Below, in pieces: positions 28,640 to 38,224 of a DNA stretch of 64,000 nucleotides. The first letter of the stretch is position 1. Every line of letters begins with the position of its first letter. Both the position numbers and the translations under genes were made by a program. Source of the DNA: Candidatus Poriferisocius sp. (GTDB lineage Bacteria > Actinomycetota > Acidimicrobiia > Acidimicrobiales > Bin134); the NCBI RefSeq assembly GCF_965208475.1, contig NZ_OZ242338.1, forward strand, positions 978,782 through 1,042,781, written 5' to 3'. Under the pieces are notes generated by a model that did no database searches, was not told where the DNA came from, and saw only the letters and a program-made list of their open reading frames with translations.

Positions 28640-28673
28640 GTCAAAAGGCGACATAGACTTGTCACCTTTTGAC
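28640..28673. promoter_or_regulatory. 14-bp inverted repeat (gtcaaaaggcgaca / tgtcaccttttgac, 13 of 14 matched) with a 6-nt spacer
   Basis: Seen directly, 100 nt upstream of the protease start. Could be an operator or an RNA hairpin. Confidence 0.35.
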
Positions 28674-28773
28674 GGCCATATTGTCTACATCTTCTTAACC
28701 GAGACGTTATGGTCAACCATGGCTCGCAGATGCGGGAGTGCCTGCCAAGCATGAAGAATGACGGGATCCTTGA

Positions 28774-29427
28774 ATGTCTGTCCCCCTAAACAGGAAGGAT
28801 CAACAAATGCTACCGAGTAGGCAAGAAAGGGGACTATCGATCCGATGGCGCCTTGGTTTCCTCCTCGGCCTTGCAGCCCTTACGGTGTCGGTGCTCGCTT
28901 CACCTGTGGGTGCCGACGTTTGGGGCTCGCAAAGCTCAACCACCGGTGCCCATCCCGATGGCTCAACCCACAACTAGTGCTGGGGCAGCGGATTCGACTC
29001 CAACCTGCGGGACAACGTGGACGAGATGTTCGAATACGCTCTTGATGGCCCAACGGATGCCACGGCAGAGTACAAGTCCACCTGCAAATTCTCGGGCTCT
29101 GGCGAGACCGACGTGGTGTGGTTTGACGCCGACCTCCCGGGTTCGATTCGCGGCAGGGCACCGTGCGAGGCCTATGACGACGGCCGCTGCGATCAGTACT
29201 TCGTGACTCTTGATCCTGCTGAAATCAACAAGGGAACCAACGACGAGGCCGACACAGACAAGACCGTCTGCCACGAACTAGGCCACACCGTCGGACTAAC
29301 CCACGGCTCAGGCGGGGGCGACGGCGGAGCCGATGACTGCATGATCTCAGGCGAACGGCCCAGCACGAACAGTCAATACGAACGCTATTCAGGCCACCAC
29401 AAGGAGCACATCAATGCTTGGTTCTAG
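28774..29427 (+). pseudogene. Secreted metzincin-type zinc metalloprotease interrupted by an in-frame TAG
   Basis: ORF 28774-28977 encodes a signal peptide (LGFLLGLAALTVSVLASPVGA). ORF 29017-29427 is in the same frame and carries HELGHTVGLTH (HExxHxxGxxH) and a CMIS Met-turn. The single TAG at 28975-28977 separates them. Confidence 0.7.
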
Positions 29428-29452
29428 TAACTCCATCTGCTTCCCTCACAGG

Positions 29453-30127
29453 ATGATGATCGCTTTGATCGGTTTGGTCCTGGTCGCCTCCGCCTGCGGC
29501 GAGGGAAGCGACAACTCAGCGGGTTCTTCCCCGGGCCATGCCACCGACTCTGGTGCTCTCGTCTCGGTGATGCGCAGCATTGGCGAGAGCCTCGACTACG
29601 GCCTCCATGACTCGCCCGCCATCCTTGGTGACAAGGCGTCACTGACCGTGATCGGGACTGTCGCAGACGTGGCTGACGGCCGCGTGTTCGGCGTCGGTGA
29701 AACACGGGACACCGAGCCAGCGTTTCTGAACCTGACGCTTACCGTGAAAGTGGAAAGCGTCCTCGGGGGCGACGAGTCGCTGGTTCAGGACGGTCTCGTG
29801 TACATCGAAATCGCCCGTACCAAGGAACTCCCGGTAGAGACCTTTCAAAGAGCTGTGCCTGTGAACCAGCGGCTGGTTCTCTTCCTCGATGACTACACAG
29901 AAGGCCTCACGCCTTTCCGGGTCGTGGAAAAGGCGTCATCGATTCCTGACGGAGCACCCGTGCTCTCGCCCTATGCCGACGGCTTTCTCATTGAGGATGT
30001 GTCCTCAGGTGAGCTGATCGGCGGTTTCGACCATCTCGATGAACTGCCTCCGGCCTGGAAAGAAGGAACGGGGACCGTCGACAGTTTCAAAGCCGAACAT
30101 TTCTCAGGCGGGGAACTGGCTGAGTAG
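29453..30127 (+). CDS. Lipoprotein of unknown function, paired with the protease
   Basis: MMIALIGLVLVASAC lipobox when started at ATG 29453. The longer ORF from 29414 overlaps the protease stop. Confidence 0.6.
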   Translation: MMIALIGLVLVASACGEGSDNSAGSSPGHATDSGALVSVMRSIGESLDYGLHDSPAILGDKASLTVIGTVADVADGRVFGVGETRDTEPAFLNLTLTVKVESVLGGDESLVQDGLVYIEIARTKELPVETFQRAVPVNQRLVLFLDDYTEGLTPFRVVEKASSIPDGAPVLSPYADGFLIEDVSSGELIGGFDHLDELPPAWKEGTGTVDSFKAEHFSGGELAE

Positions 30128-30499
30128 GGCCTCACAGGCGCCCACCCATTCGAACCGCGGCCCGCCCGCTGCGACTTCCCTATAGCGGTCTCCCAGAAAT
30201 TGCCATCACGGTTGAATTGCTCGGTCTTGTCGTATTTGAGGACAGCTGCCACCGGACCGCCCCGCACACATCTTCGCTGTTTCGCGTAGGGCTGATGTTG
30301 GATTCTGGGGTCATGGGCCTTGGGCACAACAACGAGCCTGACCCCAACAGCGCACAGCCCAACCGCTCCCCCAGAAGCCCCCTTTACGGGGTCTTCGCGT
30401 TGAAGTTGGGGCCGGGGTGATTGTAGGGGTCCACCACTGAGTGGGGGACCTCGCCGATTCTTGTGCCTGACACATAGTCGAAGAGTCAGGAGGCCCCTG

Positions 30500-30688
30500 A
30501 TGGTTCAAGATAGTTCAGCGGCGTGGGTCGGCGCGGCCGGTTTCGAGGTGACCGGTGTTGGCGAGGAGGCTGGGGAGGTGGTGGTGAGTGTGCAGACTCC
30601 TGGTGGGCTGCGGGTGTTTTCTGATGGTTGCAGGGGCCGTGCCCGGTCCAAGGGGCGCCGCGAGGTGGTTTTGCGCGATGCACCCTAG
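30500..30688 (+). pseudogene. ISL3-family transposase N-terminal remnant
   Basis: AAGFEVTGVGEEAGEVVVSVQTPGGLRVFSDGCRGRARSKGRREVVLRDAP matches the LLGLxGFxV...V.V.T...CPxCG...RDLP pattern of ISL3 N-termini, with the zinc-finger cysteines eroded. It is truncated by a stop at 30689. Confidence 0.5.
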
Positions 30689-30851
30689 GCTGGCGGGCGA
30701 CCGCTGTGGAGCCGGCCCGATACCACAACTCGGCCTATTGAGCACAAGATCGAAGTACCGGCCCAGCAAGCCCGCCCAAATGTGGGACTGAATGTGGGAC
30801 AGACAGGAAATTCCGACGACAAATGCCCGTTCACCAGGGATAACAATTGGC

Positions 30852-30875
30852 GTTCGAATCCTGCCGTGGGCGCTT
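30852..30875 (+). repeat. attR core (duplicated tRNA-Arg 3' fragment)
   Basis: Only the T-arm and 3' acceptor half of the tRNA are present here. Identical to 24700-24723. Confidence 0.85.
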
Positions 30876-30891
30876 TGTGATGCCGGGGTTT

Positions 30892-30942
30892 CCCGGATGC
30901 TCCCGTTAGTGCCCGGAGTCCCAGCGTATCCGGAGTTTTTTT
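30892..30942 (+). terminator. Weak hairpin plus T7 tract downstream of attR (possible original tRNA-Arg terminator)
   Basis: CCGGATGC ... GCGTATCCGG (8 bp with one G-U pair) but with a 25-nt loop, followed by ttttttt at 30936-30942. Confidence 0.25.
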
Positions 30943-31177
30943 CGCTTCGTGGTGGTCTAATACTGATGGAGGTTGTTGACAGTCGGACCTCAGGCCGTTG
31001 CGTGCGGCGACTGCAGCGTTTGGCGGGGCGGTAGACCTACGACGGGACCGCCATCGACTCCTGATCGCACAGGGCGTGTACTGTTGTCGTTTGATTGGCG
31101 CGTATGTACTCTAGGCAGTTGGCTTGGCAGCCAGCGACGGGCCTGGGCGGCCCTGATCAGCACCGGGAGATTTTGCT

Positions 31178-32146
31178 ATGTCGAAAGTTGTGAGAACGCC
31201 GCCGCCGGCGCCGGTAGGTCTCAGCGAGGAGGCCCAGCAGGTTCTGAATGTCATGTCGGAGTTCGCCGGGGTGTCCGAGTCTCCCAAACACGGTGATGAT
31301 CCGCAGGAATGGGAGAACTGGTCGGCGGCGTGCAACGACATGATCGTCATGGTGCTCGGGGCCCGCGTGCCTGCCGATGCGCCGATTGTGCAGACGGAGT
31401 TTGAGCTTGACGGGGTTCGTACGAACGTGTTCACCCCTGAATCGGTGGAGAAAGATGCATCTGCTCCGTTGTACATCGACATACATGGAGGCGGACTGGT
31501 GAATGGCGCTGGCGAAGCGTGCGTTGCCTTGACCAAAGGGGGTGCAGTTGAGCGGGACATGGTCACCTGGGCGCCGGACTACCGGATGCCGCCGCACCAT
31601 CCCTATCCGGCGGCGTTGGACGACTTGATGGCGGTGTACCTCAGGGCGCTTGGCGAGCGGGATCCGAGCGACATCTTCGTTGGCGGAGGCTCTGCCGGCG
31701 GCAACCTGGCCGCGGCTCTGCTCCTTCGAGCCAAAGACGAAGGGCTGGCCATGCCGGCGGCCCTTGTGCTCTTGACCCCGGAGGTCGACCTCACAGAGTC
31801 GGGCGACAGCTTTCAGACGAACCTCGGGATAGACGGGGTGCTTGGCCTTCTCATGGAGTCCAATCTCCTGTACGCCGACGGCCACGATCTCTCCCACCCG
31901 TATCTGTCACCGCTTTTCGGCGACCTTCGAGGGTTCCCTCCCACGTACTTGCAGACGGGAACGCGTGACCTGTTCCTCTCAAACACGGTCAGGATGCACC
32001 GCAGCCTTCGAAACGCGGGCGTCGAGGCGGAGTTGCACGTAGGCGATGCAATGCCCCACGGTGGTTTTGGCGGCACTACGCCCGAAGACTGCGAGCTTGC
32101 CGAAGAGCAAGACCGCTTCATCGCCCGCCACCGTCGAACGACATAG
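31178..32146 (+). CDS. Alpha/beta hydrolase, hormone-sensitive-lipase-like esterase
   Basis: HGGGLV oxyanion motif and GGGSAGGNLAA nucleophile elbow (GxSxG). Confidence 0.85.
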   Translation: MSKVVRTPPPAPVGLSEEAQQVLNVMSEFAGVSESPKHGDDPQEWENWSAACNDMIVMVLGARVPADAPIVQTEFELDGVRTNVFTPESVEKDASAPLYIDIHGGGLVNGAGEACVALTKGGAVERDMVTWAPDYRMPPHHPYPAALDDLMAVYLRALGERDPSDIFVGGGSAGGNLAAALLLRAKDEGLAMPAALVLLTPEVDLTESGDSFQTNLGIDGVLGLLMESNLLYADGHDLSHPYLSPLFGDLRGFPPTYLQTGTRDLFLSNTVRMHRSLRNAGVEAELHVGDAMPHGGFGGTTPEDCELAEEQDRFIARHRRTT

Positions 32147-32199
32147 CGGCCCTGACCAGGACACGAGCGCTTGAAAACCTCGCCGAGGAGGCGCCCAAA

Positions 32200-32892
32200 C
32201 TAGCTGCCTGGTGTGCGGTTGGGTGCCGGTGAAGCGTCCTCAGCGCTGCCATCGACGAGGTTTATTGCCGCGACAGAGCGTATGAGTACGCCGGTGAACG
32301 CCTCGCGCTCTGCCTCGGTGGCGTCGGGGCGCCGTTGGGCGAAGTCGGCCAGTCCGTGCAGCAACAGCACCGCCGTGAGCGTCAGCCGGTGTCCGAGGTC
32401 GGCCATCTGCTCGTTGCCCACCAGGTCGACGAGGGCTAGAGCCACGCGCCGAATGCCGGGCCTCGGCTCGGCGGAGAGCTTGCCTCCGCCTGCGCCCGCG
32501 ACCACATCTCGCATCAGGTCGGAGTCGCTGGGAAGCCTTGCTGCACTGACGAGCTGTGCCCGAATCCTGATGTAGCAGCGGCCCGACTCGTCGTCGAGAA
32601 GGGAGGCGAGGGGCCGAACCAGCACCTCGATGAGGGCGTCTAGCCCCGGCCCCTCGCCGAGTTCGTCGAGCATCTCGGCTCGTCGAGCGTCGAGGCGGGC
32701 CAGGTGGGGATCCAGGATCGCCTTCAAGAGCCCGGCCTTGTTGCCGAAATGGTATTGAACAGCCGAGCTGTTGCGTTGCCCGGCTGCTTTCACGACGTCG
32801 CCCACCGGCACGGCGTCGACGCCTCGCTCGGCGAATAGGCGCTCGGCGACGGCAATGAGCGCTTCACGGGCGGGTTCGGGCGACCGGGGCAT
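32200..32892 (-). CDS. TetR family transcriptional regulator
   Basis: N-terminal HTH: AVAERLFAERGVDAVPVGDVVKAAGQRNSSAVQYHFGNKAGLL. Confidence 0.88.
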   Translation of the reverse strand: MPRSPEPAREALIAVAERLFAERGVDAVPVGDVVKAAGQRNSSAVQYHFGNKAGLLKAILDPHLARLDARRAEMLDELGEGPGLDALIEVLVRPLASLLDDESGRCYIRIRAQLVSAARLPSDSDLMRDVVAGAGGGKLSAEPRPGIRRVALALVDLVGNEQMADLGHRLTLTAVLLLHGLADFAQRRPDATEAEREAFTGVLIRSVAAINLVDGSAEDASPAPNRTPGS

Positions 32893-32973
32893 CAGCCGAG
32901 AGGATAACCAGCCGAAGCCGTCCCTCTCACCACGGCGGGCCCGCCGCGAGGAGTCGTGATCGTGCCCTCGCTC

Positions 32974-34011
32974 CTACGAGTCGAGTCCTGAGTAGAACTG
33001 GAGCGCCCATTGTCGACCGACGCGGACGTTTCGCTCGACGGCGGTCAGGAGCGGCTTGGGCTGGTAGCGCTTGTTCTCCCAGATGACGATGTCCTGGCTG
33101 ATGCCGTCGGCGAAGCTGGCGACGAGGCCCTTCAGTGCTGGCTCCCCCAGCGAGCGGGGCATGGTGAACCACCATGTCATCTTCACGTTCTCCTCGTCGG
33201 TCGGCAGAAGCGACTGGCCGATGCGCACCGAGTCGCCGATCGAGATGAGAGTGCAGCCGAGGCCGAAGTTCTCGATCGTGAAGCTGCCGTTGCTGTTGTG
33301 TCGGTAGGTCCCTTCGACGACCATGTCTGTGCTGGGCAGCGGGGGTGCGCCGTGCACGTATTTGAAGTGATGAACATCGAACTCGCCCTCCGAGAACTCT
33401 TGGACAATGGTGGCCACCTCGAAGTTGAGGACCTGGTAGGGCTGCCAGTCTGGGTCCTCGAACTCGGGGAAGAAGGGCACGTCGTAGAACGGATCCCCGC
33501 CCTCGATATGGTGCCACGCCCAGATCATCTGGTCGCGCTCGATGATCGGATATGTGCGCACCCTCGCCTTCGCTGGGATGGCCTTGCCCTCGGCGTAGGG
33601 GATGTCGATGCAACGACCGCCACCGTCGAAGTGCCAGCCATGGAACGGGCACCGCATGCCGTCGCCGTCGACCTTGCCGCCCACACCAATGTGGGCGCCC
33701 ATGTGGGGGCAATAGGCGTCCATGAGCCGGGCTTCGCCGCTCTCGGCGCGGAACAGGACGAGGTCTTTGCCAAAGGCGAAGAGGCACTTGTGTTCACCAG
33801 GTGCGAGCTCGCGGCACTCGTCGACGACGAACCAGCCATTGGGGATCGGGAACGGATAGCGCTTCTCTCCAGCACCTTCCCGTCGGATCCGAACGCGTCG
33901 GCTCAGGTCGGACACGGCTGCCGGGTCGGGCCGCATCGGCCCAACTTCGAACAGGGCCTCCTCCATGCCAGCTCGGACCCCGCTGCCGGGATCGTTAGCG
34001 GTAGTGCTCAT
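32974..34011 (-). CDS. Rieske [2Fe-2S] non-heme-iron oxygenase (KshA-like alpha subunit)
   Basis: CPHMGAHIGVGGKVDGDGMRCPFHGWHF = C-x-H-x17-C-x-x-H. A HHFKYVHG mononuclear-iron region follows. Confidence 0.85.
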   Translation of the reverse strand: MSTTANDPGSGVRAGMEEALFEVGPMRPDPAAVSDLSRRVRIRREGAGEKRYPFPIPNGWFVVDECRELAPGEHKCLFAFGKDLVLFRAESGEARLMDAYCPHMGAHIGVGGKVDGDGMRCPFHGWHFDGGGRCIDIPYAEGKAIPAKARVRTYPIIERDQMIWAWHHIEGGDPFYDVPFFPEFEDPDWQPYQVLNFEVATIVQEFSEGEFDVHHFKYVHGAPPLPSTDMVVEGTYRHNSNGSFTIENFGLGCTLISIGDSVRIGQSLLPTDEENVKMTWWFTMPRSLGEPALKGLVASFADGISQDIVIWENKRYQPKPLLTAVERNVRVGRQWALQFYSGLDS

Positions 34012-34121
34012 CGGTCGACCTCCTGGAGGTCCGGCATAGGGTGCCTGCGGGCCTGTTCCTTGTCTCGACTCTTGCTAATGTACCAAGATTACTAAGAAGT
34101 TGGCCATGGCGGACGGAGCAT

Positions 34122-35932
<1,811 letters not shown>

Positions 35933-35936
<4 letters not shown>

Positions 35937-36310
35937 CGACCGACCAGGCCAGCATCGAAGCGGTAGCCGATCGGTTCTTTGCCGCCTACTCCGCCGCCGA
36001 TGAAGACGGCATCCGCGAGGTCCTCGCCCTCGACTTCCAGGGATGGACCAGCTCCTTCGGGGGCCGAGAACTCACCGTCGACTCCCTCGTCGAAGGCGCC
36101 AAGTGGGAGGCCGACAACGTTGACATGACGCTCGACGAAGTGCGCTGCCATATCACCGACCGCGGCTTCGTGCGCCAGTTCGTGATCCGCTTGACCAGCG
36201 CCGAGGGTGTTGCGATCGAGATCCCGGGGTGCATGGTGGCTCTGGTGGCGAACGGGCGGATCACCCGGTTCGACGAGTACCTGATTGCGCCGACCACGGG
36301 GCAGGAGTGA
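35933..36310 (+). CDS. SnoaL-like / NTF2-fold protein
   Basis: 125 aa with an IEAVADRFFAAYSAADEDGIREVLALDF opening, typical of SnoaL-like proteins. 4-nt overlap with the BVMO stop. Confidence 0.7.
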
Positions 36311-36352
36311 CCCGCCCAGACCAGCCGTGAGCCTCGGAGAGGAGCCCACCAC

Positions 36353-38206
36353 ATGACCGATCCAGCAAATCCGGACGAGACAGCGCCGGAAAAGAGCCTT
36401 CTGCGCCGCCTGAGTCCATACCTTGCCATAGCGGTGGTAGCCGCCGTAGTGGTCGTCGTGCTGGTCGTGACCGGCGGCGGAAACGGGGACGACGATGGTG
36501 ACGACGCGTCGGTCGACACCGCTCCCCCGGCGGTCGATGAGCCCGCGGGCGACGACTCGGCGGACGACGACACCGACGCCGGTGAAGTTGACACCGCGGC
36601 CCCAGCGGCCGATGAGCCCGCGGGCAACGACTCGACGGACGACGGCGACGTGATGGGCGACGGTGAGGTCGACACCCCCGCCGCCGACGGCGACACTTCC
36701 ACTGCCGATTCACCTGAGCCGGTTGAGCCGGCCGAGCCCGAGTTTCCAGGGATCGGGTCCCGGGCAGCGCTGGCCAACCCGCACTGCGATCCGGAGACCG
36801 GGAAGATACGGGTTCCCCTAGTGGACGCCCCTCCGTGCGTTCTCGAGTGGCCTGCGGGCGCCGACAATGGTGGAAATACGGCCCCGGGCGTCACCGCTGA
36901 TGAGATTGTCATGGCGGTGAGGGTGGACGCCGGCCAGACGGAGTTCGTCAACAACGTCGGCAGCATCCCCCGCGGCTGGCTAGACGGCGCCGACATCTTC
37001 AACCAGAACTACGAATTGTGGGGCCGCCAGGTCCGACTCGAGTTCATCGATGCGAGCGGATCAACTGAGGTCGCCCAGAGGGCCGACGCCACCCGGGCCG
37101 TGAACGACTTCCAGCCCTTCCTCGCCACCGACGCCACCACCACCGGTGAGGGGAAGGCGATCTTCGAGGCCGAGATGGCGGCCCGAGGGGTGGTCGTGTG
37201 GAGTACGGGCGTCTCCTGGCAGGAAACCCAGGATCAGGCCGGCTTCCGCTGGTCGGCCCTGGCCGACGACCGGGTGACGATGCTCCACGTGGCCGAGTAC
37301 ATCGGCAAACGCGTCGCCGATTATCCGGTGCGGTGGGCCGGCGACGACATGATCGGCGAGCCCCGGCGGATCGGGATGATCTACACCGACCGGTGGAGCA
37401 GGGACTTCATGGAAGATCAGGCTGCACAGAACGGCTTCGAGCTCGTGGAGGCGGTGAGCTACGACGAGGGCGCCGAGAACACGCAGCGACAGGAGCGAGC
37501 CCGGGTGATCGCCGCCCGGATGAAGGATGCCGGCGTCACCACGGTGATCGCCGGGACCGACAACTTGTTCACCAGGACAATCACCGCGGCTGCCACCGAC
37601 CAGCAGTGGTTCCCGGAGTGGATCATCACCGGCTACAGCGGCCAGGACACGGCCTTCTTTGCCCGCGGCTACGACCAGGAGCAGTGGGCCCGCGCCTTCG
37701 GGCCGGGTCCGATCGGGTTGAGCGTCGCCGACCAGCCCACCGCGCTTGCAGTGTTTTTCGAATGGCACCACGGCAGAGAGCCGGTCTCGCTGTCCGAGAG
37801 ATTCTCCCTCTCGACCCTGAAGTGGCCCATGGCGTGTCTCCATCTCGCCGGACCAGATCTCACCGCCGAGAGCTTCACCGAGGGCTGCTTCGCGCTGCCC
37901 CCGTCGCTCGGGTCGTACTGCGACTGCGTGACCACCCCAGGCGCAGCCTTTGGCGACGGCCGGCTTCCCTGGACCGATTACACCGGTTTCGACGACATGA
38001 CCGAGAAGTGGTGGGATCCCGCGTTCGAGCGCACAACGGCGACCGGGCGCGTTGTGGTCGGCGAATACATGAAGGTCGACGACGGGCGCCGCTACGCAGT
38101 CGGCGAGTGGCCCGAACAGCAGCCAAGGGTGTTCGATCCGGACGCGGCCCTCGGCATCCTCTACGAATATCCCCCCAACGACACCCCGCCGAGCTACGAG
38201 CGCTAG
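36353..38206 (+). CDS. Membrane-anchored extracellular solute-binding protein (type I periplasmic-binding-protein fold, Liv-like) with an acidic repeat linker
   Basis: N-terminal TM helix (YLAIAVVAAVVVVVLVVTG), then Asp-rich repeats (VDTAPPAVDEPAGDDSADDD / VDTAAPAADEPAGNDSTDDGD), then a ~480-aa globular domain. Family assignment rests on context and general resemblance only. Confidence 0.55.
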   Translation: MTDPANPDETAPEKSLLRRLSPYLAIAVVAAVVVVVLVVTGGGNGDDDGDDASVDTAPPAVDEPAGDDSADDDTDAGEVDTAAPAADEPAGNDSTDDGDVMGDGEVDTPAADGDTSTADSPEPVEPAEPEFPGIGSRAALANPHCDPETGKIRVPLVDAPPCVLEWPAGADNGGNTAPGVTADEIVMAVRVDAGQTEFVNNVGSIPRGWLDGADIFNQNYELWGRQVRLEFIDASGSTEVAQRADATRAVNDFQPFLATDATTTGEGKAIFEAEMAARGVVVWSTGVSWQETQDQAGFRWSALADDRVTMLHVAEYIGKRVADYPVRWAGDDMIGEPRRIGMIYTDRWSRDFMEDQAAQNGFELVEAVSYDEGAENTQRQERARVIAARMKDAGVTTVIAGTDNLFTRTITAAATDQQWFPEWIITGYSGQDTAFFARGYDQEQWARAFGPGPIGLSVADQPTALAVFFEWHHGREPVSLSERFSLSTLKWPMACLHLAGPDLTAESFTEGCFALPPSLGSYCDCVTTPGAAFGDGRLPWTDYTGFDDMTEKWWDPAFERTTATGRVVVGEYMKVDDGRRYAVGEWPEQQPRVFDPDAALGILYEYPPNDTPPSYER

Positions 38207-38224
38207 GCGAGCCGACCGCGGAGC

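Larger units (their letters stand above)
24700..30875. mobile_element. Degenerate integrative genomic island inserted in the 3' end of tRNA-Arg(CCG)
   Basis: A 24-bp perfect direct repeat, gttcgaatcctgccgtgggcgctt, occurs at 24700-24723 (tRNA 3' end) and 30852-30875. A tyrosine integrase lies next to the tRNA. The cargo is unrelated to the flanking housekeeping genes, and an IS remnant is present. Confidence 0.85.

Noticed and set aside
28098-28754. 218-aa Pro/Thr/His-rich ORF across the island control region.
   Set aside because: It is a by-product of the C/A-rich strand bias, overlaps the MNT-HEPN gene antisense, and has no domain-like segment.
30180-30330. Minus-strand fragment reading GGPVAAVLKYDKTEQFNRDGNFWETAIGK that looks like real protein.
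   Set aside because: It is too short, has no start or family assignment, and the frame runs on into the lipoprotein gene. It may be a relic of a lost island gene, but this cannot be supported.
30840-30880. Possible second tRNA gene at the right end of the island.
   Set aside because: Only the T-arm and 3' acceptor half are present, with no D or anticodon arm upstream. It is the attR duplicate of tRNA-Arg.
34012-34121. Possible TetR operator (TAAT...ATTA) in the Rieske/BVMO divergent spacer.
   Set aside because: Only the outer 4 bp are palindromic and the inner bases do not pair, so the evidence is insufficient.
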